The notes under the pieces: model-generated
The model's database searches: none
What the model was told of the DNA's origin: nothing
Seen by the model: only the letters and a program-made list of their open reading frames with translations
Assembly: GCA_973895155.1 (NCBI GenBank)
Contig: OZ316897.1
Location: forward strand, 1,925,312-1,989,311
DNA length: 64,000 nt
Reading direction: 5' to 3'
From: Marsupella aquatica
Lineage: Eukaryota; Plantae; Marchantiophyta
Shown here: piece by piece, positions 35,529-47,242 of the stretch
How positions within the stretch are numbered: position 1 is the stretch's first letter
Layout: each line of letters begins with the position of its first letter
Made by a program: the position numbers and the translations under genes

Positions 35529-38500
35529 ATGGACGACATCGAGGATATGGCGAAATCTTCGCACGCGGGGTTTCATCCACGCGAATTGCGTTCAGCGGTC
35601 GCGTTCAGCTCCCGCAGGAAAATCCCCCCAAAACAGCATTTCCTTCCTCCTGCTGCGGATGATTCTGAATCTGCTCGACATCCCCAGTCGGTTCTTTCGT
35701 CTGCTGTGAAAGCAAAGCCCAGCGTCGGTGTCCCGGGTACTGAGGTAGGCTTGCGCTGCTGGACTCGTATTTCCTCCTCCCGTATTGCATTCCATCCGAA
35801 ATCTCAGTCCCAGGAATTCTCTGTCGGGGCTGTCACGCTCAGCTGTGCTCAATGTGGGTATTGAAAGGGAAAACACTTAGCACACAGATTACGAGAATGA
35901 CAATTTGGCATTCTCTCCGCCCCGCCTTGAAAATTCTTCCAAGCTGATTTAATATGGGGACAGAGGGCATCTGCAGTAGAACTGAAAAATCGGTTTTCGT
36001 AGAGAAAAATGCAGTATTGGTTGTGGCATTCACTCCTTAAAATGCTCGAGATTGATCCGACTTTCAGATAGAAGCAAACAATTGGATTTTTCCCGAGAAT
36101 CCAAATCACCTAACAGGTTCATGAATCAGAGGCAACGAGCTGAAATAGGCCTTGTGATGGATTTTGCAAGGTTTTATGGGTTGCAATATTATTATTAGTT
36201 TGCTACATTACTAATTTCGGTTCCTGCCTAACCTAAATGCCCCTGCGCATCGTGTGAATTGCAGACAATTTATGTCAAGACTTTTGGTTGTTCACACAAT
36301 CAGGTAGAGTGAAACTCCCGGCCTCTATATTTAAGTGTTCTTCTCGGCTTGCATCTTACTAGTCAAGAATTTCATTCGTTCACTTATTTCAGAAAATACT
36401 TCGGATCGAGTGCCTACCGTAAGTAGAACTTGACAAGCAAATGGAAAACTCTTAACCGGCAATCCGAGCTTGTGCATACACCTTAATCCTCGGGACACGG
36501 CAGAATGATGGAGATCTTGATTCTGCAAACTAGGTTTGGATGCTTGTTTGCTTTGTTCGACCTGGTTTCATGTCTGACGCACATTATGTGCAACTTTTGT
36601 GCAGAGTGATAGTGAATACATGGCCGGGCAACTCTCTTCTTATGGCTATTTCCTCACTGAGGAACCTAACCAAGCGGATCTTTGGCTCATCAACACGTAC
36701 GTATGACGTATCGCTGAGGTGTTTCTAGATTTGATTGCATTCAGTGCTACCAGGAATTTTATTTTCCATTCGTTCGACCGAATTTGAGGTTCAGGTAGTG
36801 TGAGATCATCATATGCACATTAGTGTGGTCATGCTTCTCGTTTGTCCCTAACATCTTTACTTCGCTGCTTTCTTTTCAGATGCACTGTCAAAAACCCAAG
36901 TCAGTCAGCTATGGAGACTTTAATTCGCAAAGGCAAAGAAATGAAAAAGCCTTTGGTGGTTGCTGGTTGTGTTCCTCAAGGAAATAGTAAATTGAAAGAT
37001 CTCGACGGAGTAAGCATAGTGGGAGTCCAGCAGATAGATCACATAGTGGAGGTAGTGGAGGAGACTTTGAAGGGTCATGAAGTTCGACTTTTACGACGGC
37101 GTAGTCTCCCTTCGCTTGACTTACCGAAGGTAAGCCAATGAATAGGGGAGATGATTTCTGAACTGATAATTAATGTATTTCCTCACTATTGAATGGAATT
37201 TGATGGTTTAAGTTTTGGCAATTGAATGCATACAAGGGTTCACGTTCAGTTACACCACGAACCGTAGCATGCATTTTGCTGTTATCATTGCAGTTCGTCT
37301 TCCGACAACTTGTTGATCGTACTGCTAAAGGGAAGATTCAGATACAATAACTTGTCTTCAAATCACTGTGATGTGTTCGGTGGAATAATAGGTGCGGAAG
37401 AACAAGTTTGTCGAAATTGTTCCTATCAATGTGGGATGTTTGGGTGCGTGCACCTACTGCAAAACAAAGCACGCCCGTGGGCATCTTGGGAGCTACAGCG
37501 TATCTGCTCTTGTAAGTTGTGAAAAATTTGCAAGACTCGTTCTGGTGGTCGGATTGTTTCTGCCGGTTGCTTTTTCCAGTCGTATGAGGTCGACCTTTTT
37601 TGGTTCTCAATCCTTTTTTCCATAATTGATTTTTTTAAGTTCCAATAATGATAATATTTAGCTAGTGTTAGATCGTAACTTGGAAGATGAGAATAGCCAT
37701 CCGAAGAGTGTAACTGATTTTTGAAACAGGGTGCCGCTTTGGTAATTGTTGTCAGGTTGACAGGGTGAGATCAGTAATAGCTGAAGGGGTAACGGAGATC
37801 TGGCTCAGTAGTGAAGACACGGGAGCTTATGGTAGAAATGCATCTCTATCCTTTGACTAAAGAACTTGTAGTCTTATTTTGTTAGTGAACATGATGCTGT
37901 ATGCCTTCTGTGTGGGACTTTTAGAGAACTTGATCGGGAAGATACTGTAGGTGTCTTGGTGACATTGTTCTTGTTGTCAAGTAACTTTATACTACACAGC
38001 CAAGATGTAAACAAGCATGTAACTTCTGGGAGATGGCGGAGATTTGATTGAGAATTGACTGTATTCCATACCAGTTTCAACTGAATTTGATCATTTTTGT
38101 TCATGTAGGTCGTGACTTAGGAACAGATCTGCCAACATTGCTCCGTTCTTTGGTAGCCGAGCTTCCTGTGGATAGAAGCACAATGTTGCGCATTGGGATG
38201 ACAAACCCACCCTACATCTTACAGCACCTGGAGGCTATAGCAGAGATTCTGCGACATCCATGCATTTACTCGTTTCTTCATGTTCCTGTTCAGTCTGGAA
38301 GCGATGCTGTTCTAAACGTACTACCCCCACCTGGACCAATCGCCCATCTTGTAAATGGGTTTCAATGCAAAGATTATGGTGACTTCACTATCAGTCAAGT
38401 ACTCTCAGTTGAATGATACGGGATCACGTAATTTTGCAGGCTATGAAGCGAGAGTACAACGTGGCAGAGTTTCGCCAGGTAGCAGATACACTTACACGTT

Positions 38501-40409
38501 TGGTTCCCAACATACACATCGCAACGGATATTATTTGTGGATTTCCAGGTAACATGGCTGTTCTGACTAAGGCTATGTTTGGGGGTTCTTGTTATGCTTA
38601 CAGCAGAGTTTACTCACTTTCGCGTAGATAAGAGTACCAGGCTTTTGGTTTTGTTGGTAGTGTACGTTGTATCAGACTTTTGTTGAGAGTGAGGATGTGC
38701 GAGTAGTACTGCTGTCTTTGGTAACATGGTTGCCTCCACTCATACTATAGTCAATATTGACACACTCACCATTTTTGTCGTAAAGCGTGTCGTTGTCTGG
38801 CCTTGAAACTTGGGTTTATATGAATTTGGGAGGTTCTCAAATGTTGGTTGTACTTGCAGGTGAAACTGTTGAAGATTTTGAACAAACTGTTTCACTCATC
38901 AAAGACTACAAGTTTGCAGAAGTCCACATTTCCCAGTTTTATCCACGGCCAGGTTTGTTCAGAAGTCTGCGAAGGCTAACTTAACGTGTTCGAAACGATA
39001 TATTTTAGTCATTTAGACTTCCTGTCGACTAAGTATTGTCACCGTGAGCAATTCTGGAATGACAATTATGCAACGTTGGTGATGTTTGGATCCAGGTACG
39101 CCTGCTGCTCGAATGAAAAAGGTACCTACGTCTGAAGTGAAGAAGCGCAGCCGGGAGCTGACCACAGTTTTTGAAAGCTTCTCACCCTACAAAGATATGG
39201 AAGGCCAGATCGAAAGAGTCTGGGTTACAGATGTTGCCTCGGACGGCATCCACCTGGTACTTTCCTTCTCTTTCAAAGTCGATTCCGGAATGCCTCTTTC
39301 TCAAACCTAGAAGTGTTCGAGGCACATCAGCTGATTTCGAGTTGAACTACTAAACGAAATAATTCAAGCACTCGAAGGATCATGAAAGGCAAGGCTTTGA
39401 AAACTTTCAGTTTCACGTGCTACCATACAGAGAAAAAACATATCTTTCCTTTCACGAATGGATCCTGTCTACAAAGCTACATTCTTGGATAAAAGTCCAG
39501 AAATATTCTCGGAAGTAATTCGCAATTCGCTTGTTTGTTTTTTCTCATTACGTTGTGCAGGTCGGACACACAAAATCTTATGTCCAGGTTCTTCTGCCAG
39601 CTTCGAGTGTCCTATTAGGCACTAACTGTGAGGTGAAGATCACCTCTGCTGGAAGATGGTCTGTCATGGGTGAGCCACTTCTCGCTAGTTCTAACGTACC
39701 TCTTAACCAAGACGGTCAGCTTGATTATTGGACGAAGAGCTTGTCAACGCCACAAAGGAAGGACTCTGAAACTTCAAGTACTGGCTGTTCGAAAGGATCA
39801 GACCCTTGTGCTTGTGATGGTTCCTTTGAGCAACAATCTCATTTGTGTGCATGCGACGATTCAAGAGACAAAGAATCTCCAAAATGCAATTGTGATGGTT
39901 CTGGGGTCAACCAATCTCATCCTTTTGCCTGTGATGAGGACAAGGGAGAGCAAACTAGCACACAATACTCACCAACTGCAGTAGTTGGAAATGATGGAGG
40001 CTGGGAAACTGCAAAATCTGAGAAGACTGGGGCTGAGAGGTATGGTGGAGGTGAGATCCATGCCTTGCAAGAGAGGTCACCTTCAGGGGTTTCAGATAGC
40101 TCTTATGGCTTGAAGATGAGCCTCGCGAGCCCCAGGTTCAAGCAATCTGAGCGGCACAGGAAGGGTGTGAGGTCCCAAAGAGGAAGGAGAATAAGTGTAA
40201 ATTACGGTGATGAGTATGAACAGCTTCCTGGAGATTATCAGATTCAAAAGGCTGGAAGAGTTCCCACATTGGAAGGCAAGCGAGTCCTAGATATGTTTAA
40301 AGAGAGGTGGTCATGGGTAGACTGGACCCTGTTAGCAGGAATGGTGATAGGCTTAATGGGCATATTTGCTGGTGTTCATGGCCTACTGCATCGGCCAGTC
40401 CTCCAATAA
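35529..40409 (+). CDS. CDKAL1: Threonylcarbamoyladenosine tRNA methylthiotransferase (CDKAL1/e-MtaB); 11 exons: 35529-35744, 36265-36303, 36605-36696, 36880-37129, 37392-37511, 37756-37831, 38109-38317, 38440-38548, 38860-38952, 39096-39256, 39561-40409
   Basis: MDDIED start; UPF0004 cysteines ([32 protein letters not shown]); radical-SAM CLGACTYC; [10 protein letters not shown]; HVPVQSGS; [11 protein letters not shown]; [11 protein letters not shown]; TRAM ([10 protein letters not shown]); C-terminal TM helix. Confidence 0.96.
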
Positions 40410-40494
40410 CATCAAAGCAATAAAATTTGTTCATCATGTTGTAATTAGTGCCCAATGACGGGCACTGGGTTTCAGGGAATTTTACTGTAAGAGG

Positions 40495-40762
40495 ACGAAT
40501 TGAAGTCTACTTTTTAGGGCCTAGGTCTAGAGCTGAAGACTCTAGACCATAACTCACTATAAAAGGGCGAACTGAAATCTACTTTTAAAGGCCTAGGTCT
40601 AGACTCACTATAAAAGGGCGAACTGAAATCTACTTTTAAAGGCCTAGGCCTAGACAGTGCAACTCTAGACCAAACTCCCAATAGGCACAAAACTGATAAT
40701 GAGGTTCATTAAGATCAAAATTGATCAACTGATAATGAGGTTCATTAAGATCAAAATTGATC
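40495..40762. repeat. Short local duplications (about 50-bp x3 and 36-bp x2) in the 3' flank
   Basis: gaactgaaatctacttttaaaggcctagg repeats; aactgataatgaggttcattaagatcaaaattgatc x2. Confidence 0.85.
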
Positions 40763-42599
40763 TTTAAATGAGGATGGACAAAAGTGACATTGACTCTTTA
40801 TAAAGACAAAACAGAAATGAAAATGGACAAAAAACAAGGATAGGGCAATGACTCATCAAAATAGAATATAAATTTTATTGTGCAAGATTTCTCATAGAGC
40901 TAGTCTATTCAAGTATTCATTTTACAGGTGCCAACAGTTACTGATAGTTATGCTCTATATAATACGAAAACTGTAATAGTTTCTACACTAAACCCTCTCC
41001 ACGATGACAGGCTCAACACAAGGTTGAACGCCCTTAAGGAAATGCTTTACTCTTCACAAGCTAGGAAGTTGTTTCGAGCTGTCAGTGTGGAGTGTGTTGC
41101 AGGCCAGGCCCTAGAAGCTAGGATGGGTTACCCACAGCATCTTTTTAGTGGCAAACCCCAAATTCCACCACCCCAAAAAGCTTTTGCCACTTTTGGCAAA
41201 AATTGGCTAGTATTTGTGTTTTGCCTCATTAGCCAGTGTCCCACCTAATTACAAGGCCCATTAGCCAAAATCTCACGATCATCCTCAAATCTAGGGACAT
41301 CAATTCAGGGAGATCTGATGGTCAGGAAAGTAATCAGAAAAGTAATATTTTGAGCATCTTCTCCTTCACACACTATGGACATTGGTCAAACTGGAGAACA
41401 AGTAAAAATAAAAACAAAAAAACACACAGGTTACCAGTGTTAAACCTGATGAGTGAATATTGGACAAACAATGCTTGGGAGAGTTGGGGTCCTGGTCTGT
41501 GCCAGGAACAAAGAGTAAAGGGGCGAGTGAGTTATGGCCCATAATTGTCGATGAATATGAAGGAGACCATGGAAAAGGAGGACAGTGCCCACGGAACTAA
41601 ATGTGCAATGCATACAGTATAATGCACTGCACAGCAATGTGAAAGATAGGTAAAGTGTTAGTTTATCTTTGATCATGTGCTGTGCTGAGACAGGCACATT
41701 GGTTTGGTATTCCTTTTTGGGGGGTGGGGCCTTGAAACCTGAAGATGATCCCCCCATCACAGATAGGATAACCAGGTTCTGGGCTTGGGGTTACTAGGCT
41801 TTAACTCTCCTTCTGGAATAAGCGAAAAGTCTGGTAGCAAGGTTATACACTAGAATCCCTGCCAAGCCATCAGTTTTCATAGAGATGGGGTAGAATTTTT
41901 TTCTTCTGGCAAAATCTTTGTGGTTGTGGCAAAACATTTTCCGGGCTTCTTGTCCTTAAAAGCCAGTTCCCACCTAGCCACATACCCCATTAGACTGAAA
42001 CTGATGGTTGTGACCTTTAAACCATGGAAAATCCTACTGCCAGAAATTAATAAAGGAAAATTAGAGAATGAGTGTGTTGAGCATCTTCACCACAGAAATT
42101 AATTTAGGAAAATTAAAAATAATGCTCCAATGGACTGTTAGGCATTTACTTTTAGTCTAGGGTTACAACTGTAACTGTAATTAGGATTTACCTTAGTCGC
42201 GGACTAAGTTAGTTTAGTCATGCTTGCACACTATATCTGCCCATTTGGATGTCCTTGCTGTCCTCTTTCCTAAGTTTTGTCACCCTCGTTTGAACACCTG
42301 GATCTGGGTGCCATGCAGCCCTCTTACACCGTATTTTACATCTTACTCTGTCGCTTAGCCTTGGATCCCTCTGACTCGGCGGCCTGGTCCTTGCTTCTGT
42401 TTCTCCCCCGTTAGGTGGTGGTTCTCCCTCCTTGGGGTGGCCTGGCCACTGAGAGACCAATGGTCTTCTTCAGCAGTTCCTTTTTGGGAGACTGGGCTTA
42501 ATTCAGGAGTAGAGTCTTTGGGTGATGACATTACTACTCAGACCACCCCTTCCCCTATGGTGCCCTAGGTTCCCCTGTTGAGCGTCACCTTTGTCAATG

Positions 42600-43215
42600 C
42601 CTCATGTAGGGACTGGTTGGTGAGTTCTCTCGAGCTGCGCGCTCTTTGGTTCCCCTCTCATCTGCCCCTTCTTTGGAGGAGATGATTGGGACTGGCTGGT
42701 GAGTTCTCTCAAGCTGCGCGCTCTTTGGCTCCCCTCTCATCTGCCCCTTCTTTGGAGGAGATGATTGCTGCATAGGTTTGTCCAATTGGATTGAAATTCA
42801 TCTATCCAAATCAGACAGCAGAATTCAGCTGATCACATGTTGGGACTGACTGGTGAGTTCTCTCGAGCTGCGCGCTCTTTGGTTCCCCTCTCATCTGCCC
42901 CTTCTTTGGAGGAGATGATTGGGACTGGCTGGTGAGTTCTCTCAAGCTGCACGCTCTTTAGCTCCCCTCTCATCTGCCCCTTCTTTGGAGGAGATGATTG
43001 CTGCATAGGTTTGTCCAATTGGATTGAAATTCATCTATCCAAATCAGACAGCAGAATTCAGCCTATCAACCTTTGCCAGTGTCTCATGTTGGGACGGGCT
43101 GGTGAGTTCTCTTGGGCTGCGCGCTCTTTGGCTCCCCTCTCGTCTGCCTCTTCTTTGGAGGAGACGATCGCTGCATAGGGCTGTCCAATTGGATCGAACA
43201 GCAGAATTCCGCCAA
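42600..43215. repeat. Nested tandem repeat (about 80-bp units inside an about 235-bp period)
   Basis: ggtgagttctctc.agctgcgcgctctttgg.tcccctctcatctgccccttctttggaggagatgatt five times; longer unit includes gtccaattggattgaaattcatctatccaaatcagacagcagaattc. Confidence 0.92.
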
Positions 43216-44756
43216 TCAACAGTTGTTGTAAGTTGAATCATCTGGTCCTGACAATTTGGACAATGGATTCCAACAGGATGCAGAATGCAAAGCGGGCAGA
43301 TTGAAGAGCTTTGATCAACTGGTCAAGCCACATGAGATCAACAGTTTGCCATGGAGAATGTCTCATTCAGCAGGGCTCATACCATACTGCTCAACCAATT
43401 CAGTAGACTTAATTTGTTTGCTTAAACATCATAAACGATCGTTCATGAAAATTTCTTTTTTCATGTAGCTGGCCTGGACAACTTTGGTTACGTAGCCAAG
43501 ACATGGATCATACTCTGCTTTTGTTCATAGTGGCTTTGAAATTCAAACAAGTCGCTCAATCCCAATTGAGATCTTCTGGAAGCAGAACTTCTCCTCTTCG
43601 ACAACAACTCATCTCCAGATCGCTGGTTAGATCGATGTCCAAAGCTAGCCAGCGTTTACTTCCGTGTACATCAATCTATTTTACATTCTCGTGTCCATCC
43701 GTCCGCTTTGATGTCCGCTTCGGCTCATACAGTCGAGCTTCCTTGATCGCCGCAAAGGAGATTAGACCAATCAGCATTTTTTCTGGAACTTCTTGGCCAC
43801 CCACATTTTAATTGAGCTACAAACTGTTGGGAAGCTTTTTCGATCGGCCCCAATAATCAGGCTCTCCGTCATCTTCTTTCTTTCTGGAGTACTTTTGCCA
43901 CTGACAAGCTTCTCATCTGCCTGGCTCTCCGTCATCGTCTTTCTGGAGTTCTTTTGCCAAAGACCAAGCTTCTCATCTTTCTGCTGACAATCTCTATCGA
44001 TTACAATGGGAATGCACCTCCCCTCAACTTGTCGCACTCGAAATTTCCATTACCACCACCTCACCGCCATCTCCCAGAGCGTTTCAACTCAATGGCACAA
44101 ACTCCGATCTCGACGACTGCCCGAGCTTCTGAGTCACAATCACACTACAACGAATTTCTGAGCTTGGATGAATGCTGCCCGGGCCCCTTGTTCAGTGATA
44201 CCACTGTCTATCCACAACGTCAAGCATTGTGGTTGCGACCGGACATAACAAGTTGGCACGGTGGCTGTCACCTGCAACACCAGTTCGCGGTCACCTTCAG
44301 GGCCTTGAAAGCAGAGTAGAAGGCCCGGCTGGCCTTCCACCCTTTTAGGAGCCCAAGGGTTAAGGGGTTTAGGTGCTATCTGTTGACTGCATCTTTTTTC
44401 CCCTCATGAAAGTATGGGCCTAAGAGGTCGATTTTGGGGAGAGATCTCCGGATCGAGGTGTGAGCATCGCGTTGGTGCCTAGTGATCGCGAGTCGTGATC
44501 CAGTGACTAGCGATGCGCGATGACGAATGTACTACGGAGCAGAGATCCTGCAAATCCCATGTCGTGCACCTCCGGAGGTCATCTTTGCCGGAAGTAAGTT
44601 CTCTTCCATGTATCATCCTACCTCCATCATTTCTATTGCCAATACCGCCAACTCTCGTGGAGTGATTTAAGGTTTCTCTCAATTGTGACAGAAACATTCG
44701 ATCGACGACGGGGGCTGCAGCTGCATTGAGCCGTTTGTCTGTCTATTGTGGAGGAG

Positions 44757-45998
44757 ATGGAGGGTGGACAGTCTGGGAGACAGCTACCCGAGCATATCGT
44801 AGAAATTATTATAGCGATGATGCCTTTCCCTTCAATTTTCAAGGCTAAGATGTTATCAAAAGCATGGCTGACCAGATTCTCTCCTACGGAATTTTGTGAA
44901 GGTGGGCGCAAGGAGACACTGGGCGCCAAAGAGTTCCAGAAACTGGTGAGCGAGAGGGCCAAGACTTGGGAGATCTTGGGCCCGGTTTGTTCTCGCGATG
45001 ATCATGACGAGTGCCATGTTCACAACAAAGCACGTCGTCCTTGCAATGAGAACTGCTATGCTTACAACCGAGCATCTCAGACCTGGCAAAGAATTCCATC
45101 CAGGCCTGTCATACCCATTCTCACCAAGCCAAAAGCCATCGTAATCGAAGGAGCCCTCATGCTCTTGCCTCGCGATGCCGATTACTATGACGGAAGACCC
45201 AGGAGGGCGAGGTGGACGGACCAATTATATGTAGCAAATATCTTGACCAGGAACTGCAAGTTACTGCCGGCTCGTCCTATTTTGGGGGAGGTGGAGACGA
45301 TTGACCTTGCAAATATTGTTCTCAATATGTCAATGCAAACGTACAAGGTGGTCTTGTTCGATCAAGTTTGGATCTTCAATAGATATGAGTTCTGGGTGCA
45401 AATCTTCGATTCCGTGTCTTGTTCTTGGAGACACAAGGAGCTGTTTGACTTACCACATCTTAAAAACCTGGGTCTTAGTAAAGCTGTTTATTTCAATGGA
45501 GCTCTGTATTTGACGGCCTGCACGTCCCCTATGTTTTTGATTGCGTTCGACATGGAGGAAGAGAAATGGACAGAACTGAGTTTAGGAGAGCTCACGAACC
45601 CGGAAGAAGATGTAGAACATTTCCAGTCGATAGTTGCTTGCGAAGCGGATCTGTTCATAATCTTCACAAGATTGTCTCACACGAAGGAAACGACTAGCTT
45701 TCGAGTTATGAAGGCTGATTTGAGCCTGGGCTCACTATCGCTCGTGACGGAGAGCCCTCCGAGAAGTTTCGAGTCTTCCATCTCTAGCTATCCTGTCATC
45801 GATTACGATCTTCCTATCATCTCTTGCGGTGGTTGCATATATTTCGGAGCGGCAAAGCAGGTGGGACATCGCTCAGCTCAGCAAATGCCGGTTTACAATG
45901 TGCGGGAGGATTGTTGGAGTTGTGTCTCTATGTGTCCCGATGGACTTTGCACTAATGGTTACTTTCAACCAGGTTTGTGTCCCTTCATTGCTGTCTGA
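44757..45998 (+). CDS. Intronless F-box protein with predicted beta-propeller (FBA/Kelch-like) C-terminus
   Basis: F-box LPEHIVEIIIAMMPFPSIFKAKMLSKAW; YVANILTR..KLLP, YKVVL, IFDSVSCSW, AVYFNGALY, AFDMEEEKW, VYNVREDCW; long uninterrupted ORF with ATG at 44757. Confidence 0.85.
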   Translation: MEGGQSGRQLPEHIVEIIIAMMPFPSIFKAKMLSKAWLTRFSPTEFCEGGRKETLGAKEFQKLVSERAKTWEILGPVCSRDDHDECHVHNKARRPCNENCYAYNRASQTWQRIPSRPVIPILTKPKAIVIEGALMLLPRDADYYDGRPRRARWTDQLYVANILTRNCKLLPARPILGEVETIDLANIVLNMSMQTYKVVLFDQVWIFNRYEFWVQIFDSVSCSWRHKELFDLPHLKNLGLSKAVYFNGALYLTACTSPMFLIAFDMEEEKWTELSLGELTNPEEDVEHFQSIVACEADLFIIFTRLSHTKETTSFRVMKADLSLGSLSLVTESPPRSFESSISSYPVIDYDLPIISCGGCIYFGAAKQVGHRSAQQMPVYNVREDCWSCVSMCPDGLCTNGYFQPGLCPFIAV

Positions 45999-47242
45999 CC
46001 TTGAACTGACCTTGAAGTCTCCGAGTCCTTGTTACCGTACCACAACACCCACGCCCAACAACAACACGGTATGCAGAAGCAATTCTCTTCATGTCCGAAC
46101 AGGAAGGACAAGGAGATCAGTTGATCGGTATGTTAACGGGACAGCCTCCCCAAAGTTTATGGAATGTAGGCCCAGACGCCCAGTCATCGACGGTGTGCGT
46201 GATGACAAGTAGCATTTACCCAGCATAGGGTTGGCCATAATTTCTGATGTAGACATAATTTCTGATGTAGCCCTCATCCTGTCTAGTAAGACTGATACCA
46301 TTTCGAACATGATTTCCCCCCCTTTATTGGGTTGTTTTGCCATTGGGACCATTGGCGAGTTTGCCCTTTGGCATGATATATACATGATTATTGCAACCGA
46401 GGATGTTGACCGTTGTTTGGCGACTGGATCCCCAACTTCAGGGTGGGGCATGATGTATTATTGGAGCATGCCCCCTTAAAATGTCCGAGGGTATGACCGT
46501 AAAATTCCTAATTATGGAAAAATGTAACCACGAAATAGTCCAGCTGACAAAAATTTCAGATGATGTTCACAACTTGTCATAGAATTGATGCCAAAACATT
46601 CTCACGTGTCTTCACGACTTACCCTTTCTTGGATCCTAGCTCTGGCATTGAACACAAGGATCATCTCAGTTGAATTGCCTTCTCATGGGCATGCACATCT
46701 CTTGTCAGCTTTCAAGACGTCTGGAAAGCGTCTGGAAAGATATCAGAATACGTCCAGAAAACAAACAGTGATTTTCTTCAATTAAATTCAGTTCCATTCT
46801 GGCGGTGCTTCGAGTTTGAGTCCCAATGTCAACCTAGCGATGTTGCAGGGGGATGCAGATACAGTAACGTAGTCCTTTTCAAATCCAACTATAGAAGGAC
46901 CGAGGAAACATTCTATATTACTCGCCAATTTTCACTCAGAGGATGGTGAGAAGATTCTTCCGATAGAAGCAGACATCCAGATGCCCACGTACATAACAGA
47001 ATTTTTGGTGCTTTCGATGATCCAGAAGTGAAGGGTGGGTAGCTTCTAAGCTTCAATAATCTCGTATTCATCTCAAGGATTTAAAGAGTACATAGCGTTA
47101 GGTTGATATGGAAATCCTCGGAAATGTCCACCAACCTCCCAAGGATATATCTTTCTCCAACATACCTTTAAACTCTTTGATTGCTGGAGTTGAACGTATT
47201 GAATAGATTAACTTCCTAAATTCTCTACTGGCCTTCAGCCTG

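Noticed and set aside
46089-46479. Overlapping 120-aa and 82-aa ORFs after the F-box gene
   Set aside because: No domain similarity recognised; probably 3' UTR or intergenic.
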